DNA of 64,000 bases from a virus. Lineage: Duplodnaviria; Caudoviricetes. A program made the position numbers and the translations under genes. This document shows positions 29,284 to 39,112 of the stretch, one piece after another. Location: the IMG/VR virus record IMGVR_UViG_3300028833_003520; one strand, 5' to 3'. The notes under the pieces are model-generated. The model worked only from the letters and a program-made list of their open reading frames with translations, was not told the DNA's origin and searched no databases. How positions within the stretch are numbered: the first letter of the stretch is position 1; every line of letters starts with the position of its first letter.

Positions 29284-29303
29284 AGTTATGCTCCTTACGA
29301 TGT

Positions 29304-29672
29304 TTATGAGTCACCCCAAGGGGTGATGCCGAAGTCGTAGCAATCGACAATGCCGTTGATGTAGGTAGGGTCAGCAATACCATCACTATCACCCGTACAG
29401 ATTGATGGAACATCAAACCTGTGGTCTCTAATAAATTCCCAGTAGGCTTTAGCCGTATAAGGAAGTGTTTTGAGATTGAAGTTGATATTTTCTGCAATAG
29501 TTTCTGCAAAAGCAACTTGCTTCGCAGAAGGCTTTTCAGGCGGTGGTGCATATCTGCTGATGAATTGTCGGTATTCGTTGAAAGTGAAGGGGATAGTATC
29601 GAGGTCAATATCGTTATCTTCGGCTAATGATTTAGCAAATTCGATTTGTTTTTCTGTTGGTTCTCGTACCAT
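29304..29672 (-). CDS. Hypothetical protein with two internal repeats
   Basis: P(T/S)xKQxxFAxx(L/I)AE...L.T.P(F/Y)T...Y..FI twice. Confidence 0.75.
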   Translation of the reverse strand: MVREPTEKQIEFAKSLAEDNDIDLDTIPFTFNEYRQFISRYAPPPEKPSAKQVAFAETIAENINFNLKTLPYTAKAYWEFIRDHRFDVPSICTGDSDGIADPTYINGIVDCYDFGITPWGDS

Positions 29673-30709
29673 TATGTATCATCTCCTTCAGTCTTATATG
29701 AGACAAGATTGCGATTTTTACGCTTAATATCTTCGGAGATATGAGCGTAATGCTTTTTCGTAGTGTTAACGTCTTCGTGACCTAATGCTTCAGCAACGGA
29801 GCCTATATCGCCTGTGGCTTGATATAGGTTGGTGGCAAACGTACTGCGTAATTTGTGTGGAGTGATGCTTTTCAAAGAAGTGTTGTATTTTGCAACTAAC
29901 TTCTGTGCTTCACGAATGCATATACGCTTGTTTCTGTTCGAGATAAACAGAGCCTTTTCCGTTTTAGGAAGGTTCTTGTTCTTTGCTCTTTCTTCGATGT
30001 ATATTTTCATATACTTGGCACATTGGTCAGAGAAGTAGAGTATCTCTTGTTTGCCACCTTTTCGTGTTACAAGAATTGTTGTATTTTTCATATCGACATC
30101 ATCAATGTCAAGTTCAACACATTCTGATACACGGATTCCTGTCGATAACATCAGCAGGAAGAAAGCAAGGTCACGGTTCTTGAGTTTATCGTGAAACTTC
30201 TTTTCTCGTTCGGAAAGATATGTACCATTCATAACATTTTCGAGCAGAGAAGCAGTTTCGTCTTGGGTGAGATAGATGATAGGCTTTTTCTTTGCAGACC
30301 TTGGCATCTCTACTTTATTGATTTCATTAGTGGAGATGATATCTGTTCTATACAGATAGTCCATAAAGCGTTTAACAGCAGTGAATTTGCGTCGAATAGA
30401 GTTGACGGAATTGCGTCTTTCAACTCCGTCAACTACGTAGTGTTCGATGTAAAGCAAATAGTTCGTAAAATCCTTGGATTTTAATGAACTTAAATCACTT
30501 ATGTTATTAAAGCCGAAAGCCGCATCATCGAGATACGAAAGAAATTGCTTTAAGTTAAGCAGATATTCGTATCTGGTTCTTGGTTGAGTTGAAAACCTTA
30601 AGGAATTGATGTAATCAATTACAATAGGTCGAAACTTCGGTTGAATTAACTCAAGAAGATTATCAGTCTTCTGTATGGTATCTGATTCAACTTGTTTATG
30701 ATTACTCAT
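29672..30709 (-). CDS. Tyrosine recombinase (XerC/D-like)
   Basis: TGIRVSE (R), RKGG (K), HKLR, LGH, HY catalytic residues; N-terminal SAM-like domain. Confidence 0.92.
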   Translation of the reverse strand: MSNHKQVESDTIQKTDNLLELIQPKFRPIVIDYINSLRFSTQPRTRYEYLLNLKQFLSYLDDAAFGFNNISDLSSLKSKDFTNYLLYIEHYVVDGVERRNSVNSIRRKFTAVKRFMDYLYRTDIISTNEINKVEMPRSAKKKPIIYLTQDETASLLENVMNGTYLSEREKKFHDKLKNRDLAFFLLMLSTGIRVSECVELDIDDVDMKNTTILVTRKGGKQEILYFSDQCAKYMKIYIEERAKNKNLPKTEKALFISNRNKRICIREAQKLVAKYNTSLKSITPHKLRSTFATNLYQATGDIGSVAEALGHEDVNTTKKHYAHISEDIKRKNRNLVSYKTEGDDT

Positions 30710-30729
30710 ATCTGCTTAATCCTTTCTTG

Positions 30730-30906
30730 TTAATCTGGCTGTCGAGCAATAAAGTTTTGAGTATCTTTCAAGGCAGCGAGTTTACCTGCCAGGTAACCTG
30801 CATTATAACTATTAGGGTCGTCGTCGCACGTATCTATAACGGTTTCGGTTCGCTCTATATTATTCTGCAAGTATGCTTTAATACGGTCATCAAGAGGTTC
30901 CATCAT
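30730..30906 (-). CDS. 58-aa hypothetical protein (not in ORF track)
   Basis: MMEPLDDRIK...YNAGYLAGKL; AGGAG RBS. Confidence 0.7.
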   Translation of the reverse strand: MMEPLDDRIKAYLQNNIERTETVIDTCDDDPNSYNAGYLAGKLAALKDTQNFIARQPD

Positions 30907-30917
30907 AGTTATTCTCC

Positions 30918-31079
30918 TTAAAGGTTTTCTACGATTTTATCTTCAGATAAACCTGTAAGTTCACTTGCAAAGGAGATTACGGTTTCGATATTTTCGCTAC
31001 CGTAGTTCTCTTCAAAGGTCTTGATAGTATTGATGACATCTTCTTGCGAAATGGTTTCCATAGTGCAAATAGCGTCCAT
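30918..31079 (-). CDS. Hypothetical protein
   Basis: Start MDAIC after AGGAG. Confidence 0.7.
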   Translation of the reverse strand: MDAICTMETISQEDVINTIKTFEENYGSENIETVISFASELTGLSEDKIVENL

Positions 31080-31092
31080 AATTGTTACTCCT

Positions 31093-31323
31093 TTAGTCTT
31101 TGATTTTTCTGAAGCCAATCTTTTCAAGATATGCTGCTAAATCAGTGAGGTCAGATTTAGAGGTAACTGTCAGAACTGTAGGCATATCTCTTGGTGGAAT
31201 AGTGTAGGTTGTTGTGAGTTTGAAGGTTTTCTTCGAATAATTCACACGCAACCATATATTATTTGCGTAGCCTCTTGCTATCCAACGAGATTTGGGTTCG
31301 GCATAGAAGTAAATGAGTTCCAT
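31093..31323 (-). CDS. Hypothetical protein
   Basis: RBS and ORF. Confidence 0.7.
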   Translation of the reverse strand: MELIYFYAEPKSRWIARGYANNIWLRVNYSKKTFKLTTTYTIPPRDMPTVLTVTSKSDLTDLAAYLEKIGFRKIKD

Positions 31324-31712
31324 TACGTTGTTTCCTCCTTATCTGATGAAGATGTGTAGAGTTCGATGGTGAAATTCTCAAAGGAAGCCTTGGAGAATAC
31401 ATCAACGAGTTTCTTCCACTCTCTACACTTGGATTTATCGAAACGAATTTTTACAAGACGTGGTTCGTAGGCAGTGAAGAGGTTAGTCTTCTTGCCGTCG
31501 CTACCTTTCAATAATCCTAAAGTGCGTTTAGCGTGGTCTAAATCATTGAAAAACATATCAAGGCGATATTTATCAACGCCGTCTTCTGTGAATTCCTGTA
31601 CGAAGATAAGCAATGCGTTACCTTGATAGAGGTTAACCTGCATTTGCTCGCCGTTCTCATATTCATAGAAGGCTTCGCCGACTTTGTTTTTGAAATCCCA
31701 AGTAATAGGCAT
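31323..31712 (-). CDS. Hypothetical protein
   Basis: RBS and ORF. Confidence 0.75.
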   Translation of the reverse strand: MPITWDFKNKVGEAFYEYENGEQMQVNLYQGNALLIFVQEFTEDGVDKYRLDMFFNDLDHAKRTLGLLKGSDGKKTNLFTAYEPRLVKIRFDKSKCREWKKLVDVFSKASFENFTIELYTSSSDKEETT

Positions 31713-31727
31713 AGATGTTCTCCTTTA

Positions 31728-32168
31728 TCAAATCTTGATGTCTGAAAGAGTATCGAGACCGTCGTGAAGAACTTTTTCCTTCACGGTTTCTTCAACATCT
31801 GAATACTCGGCTTCACAATCCCAATTCTCATAGCCATTAGATGAGTCATAATCAACGACGGCTTTAAGAATGTCTTCCATTGTAAAGCGTTCGAGCATTT
31901 CGTTGATGAACATACGGTCATCGCCTTCGTATGCAGGGATATTGAGGTTTTCCTCAAAATAAGAAATCAATGCAGGATAGTAATCCACGATTTCGTGTTC
32001 TGTAAGAACTTTACCTGGGTCTTTATCATAGTTGGCATTGATGTCGGTCAAAATACGAATGATGTGTGCACTATGAACATCGAAAGCAACGAAATACTTT
32101 ACGAAGTTATTGTCGTCTTTTGATTTGGCATATTCTGTGCAGTCAAAAGTGATATTAAGTAAATCCAT
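31728..32168 (-). CDS. Hypothetical protein
   Basis: RBS and ORF. Confidence 0.75.
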   Translation of the reverse strand: MDLLNITFDCTEYAKSKDDNNFVKYFVAFDVHSAHIIRILTDINANYDKDPGKVLTEHEIVDYYPALISYFEENLNIPAYEGDDRMFINEMLERFTMEDILKAVVDYDSSNGYENWDCEAEYSDVEETVKEKVLHDGLDTLSDIKI

Positions 32169-32180
32169 AGTTGTTCTCCT

Positions 32181-32384
32181 TTATACTTCGATATGGAGCA
32201 ATCCTGTCTGCTTATTGATATCCATATAGTTGACAAAGTATTTGTCGCCTTCAATATGGTGTCTTGCTTCACAAGCATATCCTTCGAAAAGGATTTCTCC
32301 GTTAGAAGGTGTGACAACTTTGATTTTTGTTTCATCGTCGAGTGTGAGGATGAGGGTGCGTAGGTCGATTACCATATTTTTCAT
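32181..32384 (-). CDS. Hypothetical protein
   Basis: RBS and ORF. Confidence 0.7.
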   Translation of the reverse strand: MKNMVIDLRTLILTLDDETKIKVVTPSNGEILFEGYACEARHHIEGDKYFVNYMDINKQTGLLHIEV

Positions 32385-32403
32385 AATAGTTTCTCCTTTG
32401 TTA

Positions 32404-33717
32404 TTAGAATCCTATAGGGGAGAGGTCAACATTAACTTCGTGCTTTACCTTGGCATCCCAGATAGCGTTGCTCTGTGCTTTAGTAAATCTACCACTGGTT
32501 GGTATATCAATGTAAGCACCGTTTGTGGGAAGCCATCTTGTTGCACACCAACCGTTAGCCAAGAGAGTATCGAGTGCGTTAGATGATGTGATTTCTCCGC
32601 CTTTGAGATTGTCGAAATCAATGTTTGGGAATTTTTCAGGATAACAGAAAATAAGATGGTGTGCCTTGGCATTATGACCACCAAAACTACAGGAGTAAAA
32701 GTCACCGTTCGGTGCAATTAAACCTTCCCATTCTTCGTAGTCATCAGGCAAAATTAAATACATTCTATCACTCTCTGAATGCGACCAGCGAGTATCGTCT
32801 CGCAGGACGTTATTGATGAACCTGATGTGCGAATATTTTGTTTGTACAGCCATAGGTTCGTCTTTGGATGGCTCTACATTGTTTGCAAGCCAGTTGTCTG
32901 TGAATGCAATGTTTGCTTGAATTTCTTCTTTTAATGGGGAGTCAGTATTGCTTTGTGTATGAATGGTGTCTTCTTTAGTTTTTGCGGTAAAGTTTTGCCA
33001 TCTGTTTGCTTTTTCTGTTTTGATTCTAATGAATGCGAGGTAGCGTTCATTTCTCTCTTTGAAGAAGTGAGAAGAGAAGCGAGAAGCATATTTTTCTGAA
33101 GTTATGAGTTCATATACTTTACGCCAAAATGCTTCTACTTCGTATTCATAGTAACTATCGGGTTTACAGTTAGTCTGTTCAATGGCTTCGTAGGCGATTT
33201 CAGGAAAATTATATAACCAAAGACCGCCTTCTGTGTTGTCGTATTCGTCGATAAGAAGGTCTCCGCCATCATATCTTTGGCGGTCATAGTCAAACCAAAA
33301 ATAATCGACGCATTGCTGATATGATTGAATTCTGCCTCCACACATTTCTTTTGCTGCAGATAATGATTTGACAGTAGAAAAAGGGTCGATGAATTTAATC
33401 ATATACATCATCATAAGGTTTTTGAGTTCTTGAATTTTGAGTTGACGATGCTGTTCTTCGATTTTCTTGTAAATCGGGCGAATGTTTTCGTTATCGTCTT
33501 CGAGTGTGAAAATGTTGATTCCAACGAGTTTCTTACGACCTTCGATAATTTGCATAGCAATGGTTTTGAGTTCTTCTTCGGAAAGTTGGTCGCATTGCAA
33601 GCAACTTAAAAGAAGTTCTTCACATTTTTGGTAAGGTTTGTCTTCGTCCCAAAACCAAGTTCTTGCAAGGTCTGTAATGAAACCGCCATCAATTTTCCAA
33701 CCGATTTTTTCTGCCAT
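32404..33717 (-). CDS. Hypothetical protein
   Basis: 437 aa; C-terminal GLIAPNG...H...GW motif. Confidence 0.8.
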   Translation of the reverse strand: MAEKIGWKIDGGFITDLARTWFWDEDKPYQKCEELLLSCLQCDQLSEEELKTIAMQIIEGRKKLVGINIFTLEDDNENIRPIYKKIEEQHRQLKIQELKNLMMMYMIKFIDPFSTVKSLSAAKEMCGGRIQSYQQCVDYFWFDYDRQRYDGGDLLIDEYDNTEGGLWLYNFPEIAYEAIEQTNCKPDSYYEYEVEAFWRKVYELITSEKYASRFSSHFFKERNERYLAFIRIKTEKANRWQNFTAKTKEDTIHTQSNTDSPLKEEIQANIAFTDNWLANNVEPSKDEPMAVQTKYSHIRFINNVLRDDTRWSHSESDRMYLILPDDYEEWEGLIAPNGDFYSCSFGGHNAKAHHLIFCYPEKFPNIDFDNLKGGEITSSNALDTLLANGWCATRWLPTNGAYIDIPTSGRFTKAQSNAIWDAKVKHEVNVDLSPIGF

Positions 33718-33831
33718 AGAAAATTCTCCTTTGTTCGAATTTTATCGTATATGAGGGGTTCCCGTCAATATTTATTCGCAAAATTAGGATTTTGTGCATA
33801 AATATCTGGAAGACAGAAACCCCTCTCTTCT

Positions 33832-33990
33832 TCACTCAACTTTAATTTCTCCGTTGAGTATTGCTAATACGAGATGCTGTGAATGACCGTTTTTACAGGC
33901 TTCGATTGCTTTATCTAACGCTTTGTCTTCTTGGCGAGTTTGTGTCTCTTTAAGTTCGTAAAGCATTTTAAGTAATTCGTCATTTGCCAT
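33832..33990 (-). CDS. 52-aa hypothetical protein (not in ORF track)
   Basis: MANDELLKMLYEL...; AAGGTGG RBS. Confidence 0.6.
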   Translation of the reverse strand: MANDELLKMLYELKETQTRQEDKALDKAIEACKNGHSQHLVLAILNGEIKVE

Positions 33991-34013
33991 AGGTTATTCA
34001 ACCACCTTTCTTC

Positions 34014-34298
34014 TTACGATTTTACTCGGTAAATGTAGCGATAAGTTGATGGTTCGTATGTGAGATGAATTTCGCCTGTCGGTGAAACCTTCAAAGGGCA
34101 ATCATCACGAATTGTGTGTTCGGGAACCGAAATAGCATAATAACTACTATATTCACCTGCGTCGGCTTTTTCCTGTAAAAGTCGGCATAAACCTGGCTCA
34201 CGAGCACCTTGTCCTATAGATGGTTCTGATGCAAACGGACAATCTTTGCAACGAGTTGGTAGATGCATTGTCAAATGCACTGTAATTGGCTTTGACAT
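34014..34298 (-). CDS. Cys-containing hypothetical protein
   Basis: P.RC.DCPF...C...DCPL. Confidence 0.7.
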   Translation of the reverse strand: MSKPITVHLTMHLPTRCKDCPFASEPSIGQGAREPGLCRLLQEKADAGEYSSYYAISVPEHTIRDDCPLKVSPTGEIHLTYEPSTYRYIYRVKS

Positions 34299-34300
34299 AA

Positions 34301-35038
34301 TCAATCTCCTTTTGCTTTGGATAATGCGTCAAGCGAGGTAAATGAGGATTTGAATGTTTTAACAGGCAAGACTACATTGTAGCCTTTCTTAAAGTCCCAT
34401 TCGCATAAATTGTGCTTTGGACTGCATTCATAGCATTCGATTTCCATATATTGTGGATAATCGGGGTTGATATGGTATGTGAATGGAACTGGATGCTCTT
34501 TAGAAGGTTCTCTCAGAATCTTGAATTCTTTGATACCTATTCTTGCTCTTCTTCCCTTGACAACTTCGTGTAAGGGTATTTTGTTTGCTAAAAGAGCCTT
34601 GTTTATGGCTATTTCCAAAGCAGATGCGATGTTTTTGTCGGTGAGTTTCTTATCTCGTTCTTTGGTTTGAAATTTGATGAGAATTCGAAGTTTACCCCAT
34701 ACTTCTTCTCTACAAGCATCTACGATGTAGATGATTGGGTATTGGAGTACACTATTAACATAGTGATTTATGTTGAATGCAGAAGCAAATTTCTCCATAT
34801 CGTCAACGAGATATGCATCGACAGTACCTTTAGAAGCCCGTATTGCGATAATGCGATTTGCGTCGCTATGAGTGGGCTTGGCTGCAAGAGCAAATTGCCC
34901 AATCTTCAATGTGGCATCGTATGCTTTTGCGAAATCGTTATATGTAACGAGTTCAGTCATATTGTTATCTTTGAGAAAGAAATATGACACATTGTCGGCT
35001 GTGTATGGAAAATTGCTGACAGATGAAGTTTTAAGCAT
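34301..35038 (-). CDS. Hypothetical protein
   Basis: RBS and ORF. Confidence 0.75.
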   Translation of the reverse strand: MLKTSSVSNFPYTADNVSYFFLKDNNMTELVTYNDFAKAYDATLKIGQFALAAKPTHSDANRIIAIRASKGTVDAYLVDDMEKFASAFNINHYVNSVLQYPIIYIVDACREEVWGKLRILIKFQTKERDKKLTDKNIASALEIAINKALLANKIPLHEVVKGRRARIGIKEFKILREPSKEHPVPFTYHINPDYPQYMEIECYECSPKHNLCEWDFKKGYNVVLPVKTFKSSFTSLDALSKAKGD

Positions 35039-35040
35039 AG

Positions 35041-35436
35041 TTAATCATCCTCCTCGACATAAGTATAATTTTCGATGTATTCTTTCATACACTCATACGC
35101 AGATTCGAGATTGAGCCAATGACCACCCGATATGTAGCAACCTGCTTGAAAGTCATAACTTTCAAGGTCGTACTTCCCTGTTTCATCATCTTTGGAACAG
35201 TTGAAGTAATCGCCAATAGCGTTGATAATTTTCGTGGTGGTAATTTCAGTAGGTATGCTTTCACAGAAATTGTTGATACAATTTACAATGGCTTCAAGGT
35301 TGAGCCAACCACTACCTGTGGAACATCCTGACTGGAAATCGTATGAGTCCGTGTCATACTTGTTTGTTTCTTCATCTCTTGAGCAACCGTAGTAGTTACC
35401 TACGTGTTCAACGATGTCTTCGTATTCGTAAGCCAT
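35041..35436 (-). CDS. Hypothetical protein made of two tandem ~58-aa repeats
   Basis: Y..CS.D.ET.KYD..SYDFQ.GC....WLNLE twice. Confidence 0.8.
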   Translation of the reverse strand: MAYEYEDIVEHVGNYYGCSRDEETNKYDTDSYDFQSGCSTGSGWLNLEAIVNCINNFCESIPTEITTTKIINAIGDYFNCSKDDETGKYDLESYDFQAGCYISGGHWLNLESAYECMKEYIENYTYVEEDD

Positions 35437-35447
35437 AGTTATTCTCC

Positions 35448-35654
35448 TTAACTGTATTTGGTATAGGTAAGTTTTTGACCATTTTTGGTGGTCTGTGTGA
35501 CTTCAACACCTGCGTGAGATGCTATAAATTTATGGACAGTGAATGGTGCGAGTAGCCAAGAATAAGTGCGAGATGTGTTGCTATCGTAAAGAACGTGGCA
35601 ACGATTTGAGTCATTCCAAAGAATGACCATAATAATCTGTGCTTGTGATGCCAT
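35448..35654 (-). CDS. Hypothetical protein
   Basis: RBS and ORF. Confidence 0.7.
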   Translation of the reverse strand: MASQAQIIMVILWNDSNRCHVLYDSNTSRTYSWLLAPFTVHKFIASHAGVEVTQTTKNGQKLTYTKYS

Positions 35655-35656
35655 AA

Positions 35657-36070
35657 TTATTCTCCTTTAATCGTGTCTTTGGTTCCTCGATTTCGTCTGC
35701 CACAGAAAGCACAACAATCTGTCTTTCGTGTAGAAATTTCGAAGCATCTTGGACAAGACCAAGCACCAATCTTTGTTTTCGAAGGAATCCATTCATCGAA
35801 TGGTTCTTTGTCGGTTTGTTTAGAAATAACTTCTTGGTCTTTGGTGATGATGTAATCACAATCGAAATTGAGGTCAGGGTTTTCGAAATCAGCGATTTCG
35901 AGAGACTGTGAGCGTTCGGATGTGTCGCCATCTTCCCAAATGCCTGAACCAGAGAAGTAACCGATTGCGATTGCGAGTGCTTCTTCCTTATCATTTGCAG
36001 CGATAAGGATGCGAAAATCGGCGTTACTGTCGTATGCGATAAATAAGCCATTTAATTCTGTTATTTTCAT
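35657..36070 (-). CDS. Hypothetical protein with C-terminal Zn ribbon
   Basis: Start MKITEL after AGGAG; CPRC...CAFCG. Confidence 0.75.
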   Translation of the reverse strand: MKITELNGLFIAYDSNADFRILIAANDKEEALAIAIGYFSGSGIWEDGDTSERSQSLEIADFENPDLNFDCDYIITKDQEVISKQTDKEPFDEWIPSKTKIGAWSCPRCFEISTRKTDCCAFCGRRNRGTKDTIKGE

Positions 36071-36081
36071 AGATGCTCTCC

Positions 36082-36495
36082 TTAGTTGACAGCAATTTTG
36101 ACATTCTTGGTGTCGATGTTTTTGAAAGGCATTGATTGTGAAAGGTAATCGAGAATGATTTCGATTTTCTCGTCCCAACCGTTACTTTCCCAATCATATC
36201 CTTGTGCATTGCTTTCAGGAATAAACCAATTAAGGAAACCGACTGTTATTTCATCAATGATGTTATTTTTACACGCTTCTTCAGGAGTTAAGCAATCTTC
36301 ATCATCATCTGTGTATTTGATTTCGCTGTTATGAGCGTCAAGGTCTTCCTTAATGGTTTTTACGTTTTCAAGTACCTGATAAGCGAGATTTTCGTCGCTT
36401 TCAGTGGCAATAAGTGCTTGATGAGAAAGAATATCATCATCATCGGAACAACAAACACAATCTTCTGTGAATGTTAAGATAAAATGGTGCATCAT
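36082..36495 (-). CDS. Acidic hypothetical protein, paralog of next gene
   Basis: TIKEDLD, TP.EA, GFLN.F, W.E.I.IIL.YLS. Confidence 0.8.
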   Translation of the reverse strand: MMHHFILTFTEDCVCCSDDDDILSHQALIATESDENLAYQVLENVKTIKEDLDAHNSEIKYTDDDEDCLTPEEACKNNIIDEITVGFLNWFIPESNAQGYDWESNGWDEKIEIILDYLSQSMPFKNIDTKNVKIAVN

Positions 36496-36510
36496 TGTTG
36501 TTATTCTCCT

Positions 36511-36942
36511 TTAATTTATCTCTATTTCAACGCATTCAACAGATGCTATTGCGAAGTCGAGTTTGTATTCGCTCTTTACAAGAGGATTGGTTGAAAGGTA
36601 TTCGAGAATGATGTCGATTCTCTCGTGCCAGCCGATACTGTCCCAATCATCATATTCTTCATTATCAATGAAGAAATTGTTTAAGAAACCACAAGTGACT
36701 GCTGAAATGAGGTTCTCTTCGAGGGCTTCATCAGGTGTGTACCCTTCGGCTTCTTCATCAGGAACGCTGTCGAGTTTCAACTCATCACAATTAGTATCAA
36801 GGTCTTCCTTGATTGTCTTGACAAGTTCGCTGACTTTCTTGGCAGTTTTGTAATCGGTGGCTGTGATAAGTATTTGATGAAGCATTGCATCGTCGCCTGA
36901 CGGTACATTGATTTCGTCAAATTTCAAAATGAAATATGCCAT
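36511..36942 (-). CDS. Acidic hypothetical protein, paralog of previous gene
   Basis: Same motifs. Confidence 0.8.
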   Translation of the reverse strand: MAYFILKFDEINVPSGDDAMLHQILITATDYKTAKKVSELVKTIKEDLDTNCDELKLDSVPDEEAEGYTPDEALEENLISAVTCGFLNNFFIDNEEYDDWDSIGWHERIDIILEYLSTNPLVKSEYKLDFAIASVECVEIEIN

Positions 36943-36954
36943 AATTTTTCTCCT

Positions 36955-37425
36955 TTATTGTACTTCTTCTTCTTCCGATTCAAGGCACTTGATGTATGCC
37001 ATAATGGTCTTTTTCGTACCACGAATCAGTTTGTCTGATTTGATGTAATTTTTGAGATTAGCAAGGTAGTCCTCATCGTTGCACGGCTGCACTGAAATAC
37101 CTGAAGAATGGTCATAGAAATCGTCGTGCAGTTCGTATTCTGTATCAGAATGTGTTTCCAAAAGTTTGAGAATTTCATTTGGCATTAAGCCGTGACCAAG
37201 AAGACGATAGGCTTCGTCAGGTGTTACATCATAATGAATCTCAAACGACTGAATGCGAATTGCTCCTGATTCACCAGAGATTTCGCTGATATAAGGACCG
37301 TTGCTTAAATTAAGCGTATGAGTATAGATGCTTTCAGATACGCAGTTGGGACAGATTGTAACTACACCATCATTTGTGGTGATGGTGTAGTCCACTCCTG
37401 TATTCCTTTTACAAATGTCACACAT
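36955..37425 (-). CDS. Hypothetical Zn-binding protein
   Basis: Start MCDIC; CPNC; ELHDDFYD. Confidence 0.75.
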   Translation of the reverse strand: MCDICKRNTGVDYTITTNDGVVTICPNCVSESIYTHTLNLSNGPYISEISGESGAIRIQSFEIHYDVTPDEAYRLLGHGLMPNEILKLLETHSDTEYELHDDFYDHSSGISVQPCNDEDYLANLKNYIKSDKLIRGTKKTIMAYIKCLESEEEEVQ

Positions 37426-37429
37426 AGTT

Positions 37430-38158
37430 TTATCCTCTTGGTGAAAAGATATTGATGAGGTCTTCACGGGCAAGATTGACATTTTCAACATATTTGTCGA
37501 ATTCGGGGTCAACACGCTTTGCGTGTATTGTGAAGTCTTCAAATTCGAAATATGTCATCTTTCTTCCTGTTACAGCAGATGCGATTTTTACAAGCATTTT
37601 TCTCTGCTTGTCTGAAAGTGTCCTTAAAAGCCCGTAGCCTGTTGTTACCCCATTACTAATAGCGTCGATATATGCGTCAACAATCTTTGTGGCATATTCT
37701 TTCTTAGTAATGGTCTTCCTTGTAAGAAGAATGCAGTAACGGTCATCATCAGGGATTTCGACTTTGAATTCAGAGCCGACTTGTTTTTCTAAAGCCTTTT
37801 TAACTCGCTTGAGTTTTTCAGGTGTGTTAATACGCCAGGCGATAAAGATGTGTTCTTTATCTGAAGATGTGTACATCTCAGGATAGCAAGCGAGAGTATC
37901 TGTTGGCTTCTTTGAACCGCCACAGTTGTAGGCGTTTTTGAATAAGATGTATTCAAAGTCATTGTTTTCAGCAATTTTGCCGTTACGCCAGAAGCGTTTA
38001 GGCATCTGACGAGGACCATAGCAGCAGGTGCACTGATTTTTACCATAAGTGTAATGAGCGAAATCAATATCGCACTCTTTCATCAATGATTTGAGGTCAA
38101 GGTCACCGTATGTGAGTTTTGCAGGCTTGTAGTAGTATGTACGATAACGGGTAGCCAT
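37430..38158 (-). CDS. Hypothetical protein
   Basis: CTCC motif; RBS. Confidence 0.75.
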   Translation of the reverse strand: MATRYRTYYYKPAKLTYGDLDLKSLMKECDIDFAHYTYGKNQCTCCYGPRQMPKRFWRNGKIAENNDFEYILFKNAYNCGGSKKPTDTLACYPEMYTSSDKEHIFIAWRINTPEKLKRVKKALEKQVGSEFKVEIPDDDRYCILLTRKTITKKEYATKIVDAYIDAISNGVTTGYGLLRTLSDKQRKMLVKIASAVTGRKMTYFEFEDFTIHAKRVDPEFDKYVENVNLAREDLINIFSPRG

Positions 38159-38160
38159 TG

Positions 38161-38451
38161 TTATGCTCCTCCCTTTTGACTTATTTTCTGTTTTCTCAAT
38201 TCATCTGTTGAAGGAACTTTGATAATGGAATAGCAGACGGTTCCACAATGGTTAGTCTGAATGCAAGCAGAATTATTGGAAATAAATTCTCCTTCACTAT
38301 CGTCCAGGTCTGCCTTTATTGTTTCCATATCATCACAACCAACGGTTTTCTTGATGTCTTCATACATCGCATTGGTAGCCTCTTCCTGTGTAAGATAAAA
38401 GGCGGTTTCAATTTCCATATTTTCTCTTGCAACAACTGTAAGACTATACAT
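38161..38451 (-). CDS. Hypothetical protein
   Basis: RBS and ORF. Confidence 0.75.
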   Translation of the reverse strand: MYSLTVVARENMEIETAFYLTQEEATNAMYEDIKKTVGCDDMETIKADLDDSEGEFISNNSACIQTNHCGTVCYSIIKVPSTDELRKQKISQKGGA

Positions 38452-38463
38452 AGTTATTCTCCT

Positions 38464-38766
38464 TTACTTGTCTATAGCATTGATAAGACGCTTGATGGCT
38501 CTTTTATCATTATCTGTAAGGTTAGTGATAGGGAATGTTGCGTCAGACGCATTGTCTGCGTCAACAATGGTTGCTTTAGCAGAGATTGTCTTATCTACAG
38601 GGTTGTATGTGACTTCAAGCACTGCACTATCATCACCTTCTACATCGAGGTCAAAAGCGTCGAAATTCGTGATAGTGAAAATGTATTCAAGACCATTTTC
38701 GTTATCGTCAGAAAGGAATCCGTTAGTAAGGTTCTTGGATGTAAAGATTGTTCGTGTCTTGGACAT
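38464..38766 (-). CDS. Hypothetical protein
   Basis: RBS and ORF. Confidence 0.75.
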   Translation of the reverse strand: MSKTRTIFTSKNLTNGFLSDDNENGLEYIFTITNFDAFDLDVEGDDSAVLEVTYNPVDKTISAKATIVDADNASDATFPITNLTDNDKRAIKRLINAIDK

Positions 38767-38792
38767 AGTAAGTTTTCTCCTTTTAGATTAAA

Positions 38793-39110
38793 TTATGGTA
38801 TAAAGCCGTCTTTACGATACTTCTCAAAATTAGCAAGGTTTTCGTTAAGAAGTTCTTGTGCTTTCTTAAGGGCTTCTTCGTTAGAAGATGCTTTGATTAC
38901 ACCAAGTGATGGCTTTTCTTTGGATGTATGTCCAAGAAATGTGCCGTAAACAAGATACTGATTTGTGCTATTCTTGAATCCCTTTGTCTTGACGATACGG
39001 ATTATCGCAGGAACGAGGGCTGTTGCCTCAATGCTTGCAAGGAATTTACCGTCACCTTCAAACTGAAGGTCGGTAGGTTTTTCAGGTGTTGGGAGTCGTG
39101 ATTTCGACAT
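38793..39110 (-). CDS. Hypothetical protein
   Basis: RBS and ORF. Confidence 0.75.
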   Translation of the reverse strand: MSKSRLPTPEKPTDLQFEGDGKFLASIEATALVPAIIRIVKTKGFKNSTNQYLVYGTFLGHTSKEKPSLGVIKASSNEEALKKAQELLNENLANFEKYRKDGFIP

Positions 39111-39112
39111 AG

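Noticed and set aside
29672-30709. Prophage integrase marking an att boundary
   Set aside because: Lies mid-operon with the same gene style on both sides; no att or tRNA site seen; dimer resolution is more plausible
30730-30906. Frameshift at the start of a small gene
   Set aside because: On re-reading, ATG ATG GAA is in frame and the gene is intact
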